Shown here: in pieces, positions 35,452-46,600 of the stretch
Position numbering within the stretch: the stretch's first letter is position 1
How the letters are laid out: every line of letters begins with the position of its first letter
NCBI GenBank assembly: GCA_965240325.2
Contig: OZ251228.1
Location: 1,178,001 to 1,242,000 of the forward strand
Reading direction: 5' to 3'
Origin: Rebecca billardiae RCC1528
Lineage: Eukaryota > Protista > Haptophyta
Length of the DNA: 64,000 nt
The notes under the pieces: model-generated
What the model saw: only the letters and a program-made list of their open reading frames with translations
What the model was told of the DNA's origin: nothing
The model's database searches: none
Program-made: the position numbers and the translations under genes

Positions 35452-36891
35452 CTAGTCACCCCGCCCGCCCGCCGCCCGGGCGGCGAGGGCGGCAACCGCT
35501 GCCTCTGACACCTGCGTCACGCGCTCAGGCTTTGGGAACACGTCAGGGAAGCGCTGGCGCAGCTCGAGCGCATCCTCGGCAAAACCAGACGCTTTCGCGC
35601 GGTACAACTCGAGCATCGCCCTGTGCGCCGCGTCCGACATGCCGCGCGGCGGCGCCTTGCGCGGCACGATTGCGCCCATATCCGCGTAGTCGTCGTCGGG
35701 GGCGGTCGCTTTGAGGATGTCCACTGCGATGAAGCCGTCCTGCCCGAGCGTCCCGTCGTGGGAGAGCGCCCAGAGCCGGCCGGCAGAGTCGGCGCCGCGC
35801 GCGCCCAGTCCGCACACGTGCACCAGGTACGCGAGCGCGTCATCTGGCGGCTCCTGCTGGCCGCGCGCGGGGCGCTCTCGGCGGCAGTACAGCCACGTGA
35901 AGTCACGCAGCAGCTCCTTGAACTCCACGCCGCCGAGAACCTTCTCAACGTGCGCAAACCGCGCGCGGATCGCCTTGTCACTGGCCGTGAGCGACAGCTT
36001 GCCGTGCCCGGCTCCAATGGTCTCGCGGAACGCCCGCACGTGGTGCGACAGGTCGATGGACAGCTCGTGCTGCAGCTCGGCGACGAGCACACGCTCCGGG
36101 CGCGCGCGCACGAAGCGCGGCCTCAGCCCAAACGGCGACTCATCGCGCGTCGGGTCCCACGAGCTGTCGTTGAAGAGGCGCGCGGCGGCGGTGTACACGG
36201 CGCGCTTCGCTGCTCGGTAGCTGTCGTGCCATTCGTCCGGCCGCTCGTGCTTCCGCTTCTTGCGCTTGCCCGCGGCGACCATCGCCTGCAGCGCCTGGCC
36301 GACCTGCTCGCTCGCCCACGCCTCGGCAAGCCGCGCGTACTCGTCCGCCGTGAGCGGAGACTCGTCGGCGAGTGTGGGCTGGGCGCGGTCCGCGTCGCGC
36401 TCGGCGGCCTGGGTGGCGTCGAGCGCGTCAAGCTTCGCCTGAGCCGTTGCCGAGACGCCCAAGCACCGCGGCCACTCGTCCGTGCTCTCAGCGGCGCCGA
36501 GCGCGCATGCGGAGCGGACGACAAACGTGAGCGCAAGCGAGCCGTCAAACACGAACGGCAACGACGCGCCGACGGCCAGCTGCATGTCGCGCAGCGCGGT
36601 CGAGCCCTCGTGCGACTCCATGATCGCTTCCGGCCGCACTTGCGCGTGCGCGAAGGGGCCCTCGTGCACGCGCACTCCGCTGCCGCCGCCGGGCGCCGGC
36701 GCGGTCACCCTCCAAAGGTGCGAGAAGTAATCCTGGCGGGTCAGGGGCGAGAGCAGGTGCTCGAAGGCGGCCTCGACGAGGTGCAGCAGCGTCTGCGTGT
36801 CCAGTATCTCGAGCACGAGGTCAGGCTCCGCACCAGCGGGCGCTCGCGGCAGCGAGCACTCGAACGTGAGCACGACGTCGTGGTCGGGCAT
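35452..36891 (-). CDS. Hypothetical protein with N-terminal pRiA4b-ORF3/MM3350-like domain
   Basis: Long intronless ORF with coding bias. LEILDTQTLLHLVEAAF..SHLWRV..TALRDMQLAVGASLPFVFDG resembles the pRiA4b ORF3 pattern. Central KRKKRK NLS-like motif. Confidence 0.6.
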   Translation of the reverse strand: MPDHDVVLTFECSLPRAPAGAEPDLVLEILDTQTLLHLVEAAFEHLLSPLTRQDYFSHLWRVTAPAPGGGSGVRVHEGPFAHAQVRPEAIMESHEGSTALRDMQLAVGASLPFVFDGSLALTFVVRSACALGAAESTDEWPRCLGVSATAQAKLDALDATQAAERDADRAQPTLADESPLTADEYARLAEAWASEQVGQALQAMVAAGKRKKRKHERPDEWHDSYRAAKRAVYTAAARLFNDSSWDPTRDESPFGLRPRFVRARPERVLVAELQHELSIDLSHHVRAFRETIGAGHGKLSLTASDKAIRARFAHVEKVLGGVEFKELLRDFTWLYCRRERPARGQQEPPDDALAYLVHVCGLGARGADSAGRLWALSHDGTLGQDGFIAVDILKATAPDDDYADMGAIVPRKAPPRGMSDAAHRAMLELYRAKASGFAEDALELRQRFPDVFPKPERVTQVSEAAVAALAARAAGGRGD

Positions 36892-37121
36892 CGCGTGCCG
36901 ACAGCCAGGGGACGCTCCCGCGCTCGCCCCGCCCACGCGCGGGGCGGGCTGTGCCGGCGACGACGACGGTTGGCACTTTTAATCAGCAGTGGAGCGGCTT
37001 CCGACAGAGATCCCGGGTAAAATTGTGGGTAGATAACCGGAATGACAATAACTTTTTACCCAGCCTCGGCGGCGCCGGCCGTCCGTGGTTGGCTACTGGT
37101 TGCTCAGGACGCACGGCCGCG

Positions 37122-38560
37122 ATGACGACGACCGTGGTAACGTCGTTGCTGGTGCTCGCCACGCTGACGCATGCGCTCGAGATGGAGAGCCTCGACGGTG
37201 GTGGCTGGCAGCTCGTCCGTCGCGTGAAGCCCGGGCTGACGTGGCACCCAGCGGCCGACGGGCTGAAGGGCACCGACGTGTACGGCCCGCCGGGCGGCTC
37301 GACTGACGATGTGACGTTCTCGGTGGCGTTCCCGGCTGAGTTTGACCAGTTCCTCTTCGCGACGGGCGACGGTGAGAAGTGGCTGATCTGCAACAAAGAT
37401 GCAGTGCTGGGCGGGCTGTATGAGAACGCGGACAGGCCGATCGTGCTCTCGTCCAACGGCACGACCTCCGCCAAGTGGTACCACCGCAGCACATATCCCG
37501 AGGACCCGTGGGTCTCGCTCACCGACCACTGGGCAGCGATCCCTACGGGGGACATCGTGTACGGCGAGGCGAGTAGTGCTGAGCACGCGTCGGCCGTACT
37601 GCCAGCGCACAACGGCGCGAACGTGTACGTGCGCAAGGCGCCCAAGCTGGAGAGCCTCGACGGTGGTGGCTGGCAGCTCGTGCGCCGCGTGAAGCCCGGG
37701 CTGACGTGGCACCCTGCGACCGACTCGCTGAATGGCACCGACGTGTACGGCACACCGGCCGGCTCGACTGCCAACGCGACGTTCTCGGTGGCGTTCCCGG
37801 CTGACTTTGACCAGTTCCTCTTCGCGACGGGCGACGGTGAGAAGTGGCTGATCTGCAACAAAGACGCAGTGCTGGGCGGGCTGTATGAGAACGCGGACAG
37901 GCCGATCGTGCTCTCGTCCAACGGCACGACCTCCGCCAAGTGGTACCACCGCAGCACATATCCCGAGGACCCGTGGGTCTCGCTCACCGACCACTGGGCA
38001 GCGATCCCTACGGGGGACATTCTGTACGGCGAGGCGAGCATTGGTGATCACGCTTCTGCCGTGCTGCCAGCGCACAACGGCGCGAACGTGTACGTGCGCA
38101 AGGCGCCCCAAGCACTCCAGCTGATCAGTGAGAAAAGGTGCGCGCAATGCTCTGTGCATACTGCCTTGCCGAAGCAGGCTGCACATGCTCACACCACACA
38201 TGCGACCCAGCAACGCCAGTCACCTCATCACCGCTCACGAGCCCGGGTATGCATCACACCCGTCCTCTTTGTCTCACCGTGCGCGCCTCGTGCAGCGGCG
38301 ACGACAAGAACATCAAAAACATGATGCCGAGAGTCTCATCAAGCGCCACTGGCAGGATTGAGGTGTGGGGCGTCATCACTACATCAAGCAGCGTCGTCGT
38401 GCTCATGCTCGTCGCTCTGTCTATCATCATCTTGGTGGTCGCCGTCTTGGCGCTCAGAGTCAGACTCACACGCGATGGCAGTGGCAACCGCTTTGGAACT
38501 CGCGCTGCCCCTCAATCTGCTGCATCAACGACAACCAACCCGGCCTCGGCAATGATTTGA
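37122..38560 (+). CDS. Type I membrane protein with two near-identical ~150-aa ectodomains; exons 37122-38137, 38296-38560
   Basis: Signal peptide MTTTVVTSLLVLATLTHA, then 2x ESLDGGGWQLVRRV...EDPWVSLTDH...HNGANVYVRKAP. A GTGCGC..TGCAG intron joins to the TM helix VVVLMLVALSIIILVVAVLAL followed by RVR. Confidence 0.8.
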
Positions 38561-39104
38561 TGTATGGCTTCTCAGGTCTTCTACGCTGGGCCGGCGCCCA
38601 GCCATCCCGCCTAAAGCCGTCGATGCAAAGTCTGAGGCGGCTGATGAACTTTGACTGCTGGTGGAGAGCTGGAGCCAGCCGGAAGCGGGAAGGTAACTAC
38701 TAGTAGTAGTAGTTTAACTAGGACGGACGGCAGGTCTGTGACAGTGTGAGTGAGCGACGCTGAGTAATCGCGTCATTACAGAGCGTATAGCTCATTACTC
38801 CGCATTAGCTGGGGGCAGTGAGCCTGTGATGAGCCATGAGAGTCGTCGTTGCGTGTCGAGTCAACGTGTCAAACAGGGTGACGGGCGCCAATGCTGCCTG
38901 CTGGGCATCTGTGGCTCAGTGTGGCTAGCTTTTCCATGAGCAGCCAGCTCCATCAGTCCATGCATCAACTCCATTGTCAAGTTACTGTTTCGTCGATCAA
39001 GTTACGGTCGTCGTCATTCTCAATTCGTCGATGCTCGGCTGGCCAACGGCTGCCCACCCCCGTCCGAGCGCGCGACGACTCAAATCGTCCCGAGTGGCTC
39101 CCTC

Positions 39105-40412
39105 ATGGGCCGCACGCCCGCGGCGTCGTCGGGGCTGCGCCTGCAGGCGCTCCCGGCGCACGTGATCAAGCGGATGCTCGGCTTTCTCGATGACAATGAC
39201 GACCTTATTGCTGCGTACCGCTCCTCGCGGCTGTTCGGCGTCGCGCGCGAGCTGCTCCAGCGCGTGCGCGTGCGCGAGCTTGCCAATGCTCACGCTCTCG
39301 TCGCTGTGAGCGGACCTAATCCAATCAATCTGCTGAGTGCTTTCGTCGACGAGGACGGTGCTGTCCATACGTGCGGTGATCGAAACTTCTTTGCACCCAA
39401 TCGAGGCGATTACCCACCGCTGCTTGCCGACTCGCTTGTGCCAGCCCTTGTCGGCTCGCTGTCGCACGTGCGAGTGCGCTGTGTGGCAGCTGGAAACTTC
39501 CACCTACTCGCGCTGAGCGAGGACGGCGCCGTGCACGCTTGCGGTTCCAATCGTTCAGGTGAACTTGGTCTCGGTGATCGTCTAGCGCGCGAGCACTTCG
39601 TGCAGCTCGTCGCGCCTGGTGGCGAGCCTGTCGTGTGCGTCGCTGCGGGTCGCGAATGCAGCGTGGCGCTGAGCGCTGATGGTACGGCATATGGCTGGGG
39701 CGATGCCAGAACCATGTTTGGCCACTCAGCCCTCGTGCCGCGGCTGATTGACGAGCTGAAAGGAGTCCGACTGGGCGGCGCTGCCACGGGCTCGAGCCAT
39801 GCGCTCTTCCTCTCGACGTGTGGGGATGTCTACTCGTGCGGCCTCGGTACGTTTGGCCAGCTTGGGCATGGCGATACGCTAAAGGAATGCAGGCCGCGGC
39901 GCATCAACGCGCTGATGGGCGTGCGCGCCGTGCACGTGAATGTAAGCCCACTGCATAGCTTGGTGGTCGATGCAGCTGGCGCTGTATATTCCTTCGGGTA
40001 TGGCCTATGCGGCTGCCTTGGCCACGGTGACGCTAATGACCAGCTCGTGCCCAAGCGCATCGAGGCACTGTCAAACGTGCATGCCGTGCGCGCTAGCGCG
40101 AGCAATGGCCGCAGCGCTGTGGTGAGCGCGGACGGAGGCGTGCACAGGTTCGGGCAGTGGTGCGTGGAGAGCACCCGCACCCTCCATCTGCCCGAGCGCG
40201 TGTCTGCCCTCCAGGACAAGCGCGTCATCAGCTGCTCGCTGGGCGACAGCCACGTGCTGTTTGTCACCGAGGACGGTTGCGTGTACTCGTGCGGCGAATA
40301 TTCAGGCGCGCTTGGCCACGACCTGAAGACGGAATTCCATCACCCAGAGCGTCTCCTCTGGCCAACGCGAGTGAACGACCTGCCATTGCTATGGCGAGCA
40401 TCGCATTATTGA
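39105..40412 (+). CDS. F-box-like + RCC1-repeat protein, paralog of 22685-24190
   Basis: LQALPAHVIKRMLGFL..DLIAAYRSSRLF, RCC1 repeats, and shared LSAFVDEDGAVHTCG and SCGEYSGALGH...LWP blocks. Confidence 0.88.
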   Translation: MGRTPAASSGLRLQALPAHVIKRMLGFLDDNDDLIAAYRSSRLFGVARELLQRVRVRELANAHALVAVSGPNPINLLSAFVDEDGAVHTCGDRNFFAPNRGDYPPLLADSLVPALVGSLSHVRVRCVAAGNFHLLALSEDGAVHACGSNRSGELGLGDRLAREHFVQLVAPGGEPVVCVAAGRECSVALSADGTAYGWGDARTMFGHSALVPRLIDELKGVRLGGAATGSSHALFLSTCGDVYSCGLGTFGQLGHGDTLKECRPRRINALMGVRAVHVNVSPLHSLVVDAAGAVYSFGYGLCGCLGHGDANDQLVPKRIEALSNVHAVRASASNGRSAVVSADGGVHRFGQWCVESTRTLHLPERVSALQDKRVISCSLGDSHVLFVTEDGCVYSCGEYSGALGHDLKTEFHHPERLLWPTRVNDLPLLWRASHY

Positions 40413-40624
40413 CCACCACCCTTGGGTCATCCGCCAGGCCGCTGCATGACCGATGACGCAGTACTACTTTGCTGCAGCACGAGTGACTGACGAGCGCAGG
40501 AACCCTGCATCTGCTGCGACGGACATCTTGTCAACTTTACTGAATGACAGTCCCGTGTCAGTGGCAGTGTACGCCAATCATCAGTTGCTACTCATCGCGC
40601 TATACGGCGATTCATATCGTCGTC

Positions 40625-40970
<346 letters not shown>

Positions 40971-40971
40971 A

Positions 40972-42511
40972 TGGCGGGCCGTAGGTCCGCCCCTTGTAGT
41001 GCCCGGGGAAAAGATAAGAAAAAGAAAAAGAAACAGAAAATCGCCTCGTCGCAAAGAAAAGAAAATCGCCTCGCTCACTACCGGGCGCCCTCGCAGCTCC
41101 CACTGGGGACGCTCGGCCGAAAACACAGTACCGGGTGGCGCGGAGCGCATGGGCGGCGCGCGCCAAATCCAACGCCGGCGCGGACATCGCGCGAGGACTC
41201 CCGAGGGGGGTTTTCGCCCGATTCGCGATTGCTGCCCTCGTCGTCTCGCGTGCAGGTCGAACGGGGGCCAAAGTCGACGAGTTTGGAGGTACGCTCGGCG
41301 CGTCGACACGATCGTGCGACGTGGGGCGGTCCTCGCCCGACTTGCACGTCGAGCGCTCGCACGGGCCATAGAAGCAAGCGCTGCGCACGACAACCACCTC
41401 GCGCGATCCACCGCCGCGCGTCGGGCTCGGTGCGGAAAGGCCCTCATCACGAGGTGTCTCGCGGGCGGGAAGCGCCATCGCACGCGACGCAAGATTTGGC
41501 GCGGCCTTCTGAACTCGATCGCCGGAATCCTCGCGCACCGGACTCAGTCATTGCTCGCGGTCCGGTCCCTCAGCCGAGCCCACGTCCGGCCTGCATGGCG
41601 CATGGCGTCGACGGTGACCAATGCGACGGAAGCGCAGCGCCAACGGCGTACGACGCGCAGCGGACGCACCTCCCAGGTCTGTCGCCGTGGCAGCAACCGT
41701 GTCTTCGCGAGTTGGCGACCCTCGCCGCAGCGCGACACAGACAAGCCCGTGATGCCATCCGCAGAGAGATGAATCGTCGAGCATGCAACATCGACGCGCC
41801 ATCCTCGTCCATGGCGCAGGCGCTGCGGGACGAGGCGGAAGTCGTCACGCCGGTGACGGATGCGCTGCGATTCGTGTGCCTGCGTGAGCAGCTCGTGCCC
41901 ACTCTCGATCGCGAGTGGCACACGCTGTCGCTGTGCGCGCGCGCGCGCACAACCAACAGCTCCTCGTGCCGCCAAACACGCGGGCGCCAGACCTGTCGAA
42001 GAGGCGAAGAGCGACGACCGCGTGAACGTCAACGCGCTCGTGCTCAGCGTGGCGGCCGTGTACGATGTCAACGCGACTTGCGACGAGCCCATCATGCCCG
42101 GAGCGGACATCGGCAAGCGTCCTCGCGACGACCGCTCTCGGCTGGCGACAGGAGGACATGCACACGATCTACTCTGGCGGCTTCGTCGGTGGCGAGGCGC
42201 TCGATTACGCCATCGCGGTCGAGATGCGGCACATACAGCGCGTACCCGCGCTCGCGTGGAGCTACGGGCTACCCGTCCCGCCCCGCGTGCTGCACATTCC
42301 CTCGTGGGTGTGGGCCTCGCTTATGCGCACAGACGCGTACCGCACCGCGTGGGAGAACTCTTCACAGGTGTCACTGGTCCGACTGTCCGTCACCCACCGG
42401 CACCGGCACGGCCACGAGCGAATGCTGCGGAAAGACGCGAACCCGCAGAGGGAACATTGCGACAGCACTGGCACGGCCCGCCGACCCCCCCGCCCGCCAG
42501 GGCAGAGTTTA
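40972..42511 (+). mobile_element. Non-autonomous Helitron2/Helentron-like element, copy B, with a Ulp1-like coding remnant
   Basis: 5' T + ATIR GGCGGGCCGT (40973-40982) inside a hairpin (40973-40991). 3' ATIR ACGGCCCGCC (42473-42482) is followed by a short GCCC-GCCA-GGGC hairpin. 42150-42340 reads EDMHTIYSGGFVGGEALDYAIAVEM..RVLHIPSWVWASL. Confidence 0.6.
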
Positions 42512-43665
42512 TACTGATGTCCGTCAGTCGTCTGATCGGACGATAACTGCTGCAAGGGCGTTCGGACCGGGAATCGGGATCCTCACACACGCTCGTGCAA
42601 AGCAAAGCCCCCGTTGCGGGGGCTTCACCTTTTTTCGTATTCAAATGTACCCGCTTCAAATGAAGGAAGCTCGTCTCAATAGGAAGGTGGTTCAATTTGG
42701 CGTATATGACCAATGCGGGGAACGCCCCTCGGGTCGTAGCGGTAGCCGCCGCACGTACGACTACGTAGCAACGGTCGGTTGCGGTCAGTCAAGCAGTCGT
42801 GATGAGTCGTCTCGTAAGTCATCGATAATCGCGCGGTTATATATTGCCTGCCGCAGTCACTACTCACTGCGCTCACAAGCTGACACTCTGCTGATCATAT
42901 CAGCAACTACACGCGCGCGGGATCAGTGGCATTGTCATCATCATTCATCAGCGGCGCGCGCCTGCGGAGTGACAGGCGGGAGTGCGGCCCTGTGGCGTAG
43001 CCCACTGCGCGATCGACACACATCATCACCATCAGTGACGACCCAGTCGATCGGACCTGCCGGGGCCGGCGCCGTAGTATTGATGCTGATCGTCATGATG
43101 AGACATGATGATGCGCCGCTGCTGATGCGCTGCATTATTACTAAGTATAGTATATTACTAAGGCAGACGACGACTGTACCGTCGGTCAGTCCCGGATGCG
43201 CTCCGGCAGCAGGACGTCGAGGCGCAGACTAGGCTAAGTGACTAGCTACTGCTATGCGCGACTACTGTTATTCAGTGCATGATGATGTCGAATATAATGT
43301 CGTTACTAAATAATGTAGTCGGCGGCAAGTGGCGCAGATTTGTGTCCGCAGTCCGGGCGCGGTGCGCGGCTGATCTGGATGTGTGATGGATCGGCATTAT
43401 TCACTTTTAAATTATTGTCGTCGTGTGGCGCGAACGAAGGAATCGAAGGATGACGCCATATGCCGCAGTAGACGCAGCCGTTGATGGCTGGAGGCCAGCG
43501 GCGGGGCTGCTTTGCTGCTGGGCAGCTCGAGGCAGCGGCGCCCGTCGCAGAGGAGTCGCCCCGCTGGCGCCGGCGCCGCGGCCGCTCTCATCGGGTCCGC
43601 GGCGGCGCGCTGCGGTGAGCGCTCGTGCCGGCGGCGCGAGGCGGCGCGCCCCCTGGGCGGAGGGC

Positions 43666-46600
43666 CTAGCGCGAGGCCGTGAAGAAGGCGTTCTGCGACG
43701 AGAGCGAGTGCGCCTCCTCCTCCTCCGCGCGCAGCTTCACCGCGCGCTCCGCCTGTGCGCGCAGCCCCGTCAGCTGCTGCACGGCCGCCGCCCAGCGCTC
43801 GGCCGCGGAGGCCTCGGTGGCGGCGGCGCGCTGCGCGGCGGTCAACTCCTCCGCCAGACGGCTGCACTGCCGCTCCGCCTCGGCCAGCGCGTCGCACTTG
43901 GCGCCGATCTGTGCGGGGCGCGGCGCGGGTGCGTGGTGCGCGTGCGCGCCGCGTGAGTGCGCGCGCGCGGCCTGCGCCACCCGCAGACCCGCGCACGCCG
44001 TGGCGCGGTCAGGCCCCCTGCCTGGGCATCACGCCTCAGCGCCGTGCGCCGAGCGCGCGCTCGGCGACAGCGCGCGGCCGCCGAGCAGGCAGGCGCGCGC
44101 TGTGCGCGCAGCCAAGCCAGCCACCGGCACCGGCGAGACGCCCCGCCCCGCCCGCCCGCCCGCCCGCACACACGCACACGCACACGCACACACACCTCCT
44201 CGGCTGACGTCTCGAGTTGAGGCAGCAGCTCGGCCGTCGCCGCCGACGCCTCGTCGTACTTGCGCTTGAGCGTCCAGAGCTCCGCGTCCGCGGCGGGCGC
44301 GGCGCCGTCGGCGGTCGGCGCGGCAGGCAGCGCGCGCAGCGCCGCCCACTGAGCGCCGAGCGCGCCCGCGCCCGCGCCCCCCTCCCAGCCCGCGTGCGCG
44401 GCGCGCACCGCGGCGGTGGCGGTGGCGAGAGCCGTGCGCGCGCTGGCCGCCGCGCCCTCGGCGCGCCTGGTCGCGGCGTGCGCGCGCTCGGCCGCGCCGA
44501 CGGCGCGCTGAAGCTCGGCGCCAATGGCGGCGCGCTCGGCCGCGGCGGCGCTGCGAGGCGCCCAGATCGCGTCGAGATCGCGTCGAGATCGCGGCGAGAT
44601 CGCGGTGATGAAGCGCGCGGAGGGGCGGCGCGTGAGCGGCACAGTGCACGGGCGCGAGCGTGCAGCAGGCGCGTGTTGTCTACTGGGGCACGGCGCAGAC
44701 ATATGCACGCGCACATGCGCACGCGCACGCACGCGCACGCGCACACGCACACGCACACGCGCACGCACACGCACACGCACACACGCACACGCACACACGC
44801 GCGCGCGCGCGCGCTCGCACCCGATGGCCTCGTCGCCCGCCTCCGGCACCGAGGGCAGCAGCTCGACCTCGACCTTGGCCGCCTGCGCACACGCACACGC
44901 ACACGCACACGCACACGCACACGCACACGCACACGCACACGCGCGTGTGCGCAGCAGCGGAGGCGGAGGCGCGTGTGGCGCGAGGCGCGAGCGGTGAGCC
45001 CCAGCCCGCGGCTGCGCGCCGCACCGGCTGCGCGCCCGCCGCGCCGCGGAGAGAGAGCGCGCGCGCGCGCGTGCCTGCGAGGTGCAGCGGCGCTCGACAG
45101 CGGTCGCGGCCTTTTCCGAGGTGGCCGCGAGCGCGTCGGCGCGGCCGCGCAGCTTGGTCGCCTCCTCGAGCGCGGCGGCGGAGGCGGCCGGCGCGGGCGC
45201 GGCGTCGGCGGCGGCCGCGGCGGCCGAGCCGTCGCGCAGCGCGGCGCGCGCGCGCTCCGCGGCCTCGGCCGCGGCGTCGAGCGCGGAGCCTGCGGCCGCC
45301 TCCTTGCGCGCGCGCGTGGCGAGCTGCGCAGCGCGCGCCGCGGCTTCGGCCTCGAGCGCACTCGCCTCCGCGGCGAGGCTCGACGCGTCGGCGTCGAGCT
45401 CGGCGCCGAACGCGCCGACCGCCTTCGCCTCGGCCGCGAGAGCCTCCGTCTCGACCTCGAGCGCGCGCTCGCACCGCGCCAGCGCGTCGGACTCGGCGCG
45501 GAGCGCGTCCTTGACGCCCGCGGCGCGCCGGCGCGCGTTGTCGCTGAACGAGTCGTCGGCGCGCGCGCCCGGCGTCGGCGGCTGCGAGCTCAGCGCGGCC
45601 TCGTATGCGCCTGCGCGCGCGCGCGGGCGGGCGCGCGGGCGCGCGCGGCGGCGCGCGGCCGGCAGGCGTGAGTGGCGGCGTGCCGAGCGCCGGGCGAGGC
45701 GCAGTGCGGCGCGGCGTGACGAGGTGCACGGCGTGGCCTGCGCAACGCAGCCCGCGGGGCGCGGGGCGCGCGGCGCGCGGCACGCGGCGCGCGGCGCGCG
45801 GCGCGCGGCGCGCACCCCACAGCTCGTCGACGGTGGCCGCGCGGCGCGCGTTGGCCGCGGCGCGCTCGGCGAGCTCCGCGCGGTCGGCGGCGCACGCGGC
45901 GGAGTCGCGCTTGCACGACCCGTCCCACGCGCGCGCGGCGCGGCTCGACTCGGCGGCGGCGGCCTTGTCGTTGTCGAGCGCGCGCCGGTCCGCGGCGCAC
46001 GCCTCGGCCGCGTCCGCGTCATCGACCCACCACAGCCGCGCCGCCGCCTGCTCCTGCTCGGCGCGGCGCGCCGCGGCGGCGGCGGCGCGCGGCTCCGCGC
46101 CCGCGCGCCGCGCGCTCGCCGCGCCGCGCCGCGAGCCCGCCGAGCGCTCCGCATCCGCCAGGGCGGAGGCGCGCGCCTTGGCGTCAGTCGCGCGCTGCGC
46201 CGCCCGGTGCTCCCGCGCTGTCGCCTCCGCGACCAGCGGCCCCTGCTCGGCGGCGAGCGCGTCGAGCGGGCTGCGCAGCGCGGCGCGGCGCGCGCGGAGG
46301 CGTGAGCGGCGCGGGTGTGCGCGCGTCGCGCCGCGCCGCGATGGCGACGGCGCGCCGGCGGGCGCGAGGGCGGGCGGCGGTGGCGGCACCATGCGCCGCA
46401 CGCAGCGCGCGCTCTTGCGTCGCGCGCGCGCGCGCGCGGTGTGCGCAAGGCTCTGAGGCGCACACGACGACGCACGCCGCGCCCGCCGCACCTGAGCAAG
46501 GCAGCGCGCTTGTCCGCGGCCGCGCGCGCCTCCGCAGCCGCGTCCGCGCCCTCCGCGCCCGCGTCCGCGTGCGCGCGCTCGAGCGACCCCGTCTCGGCCG

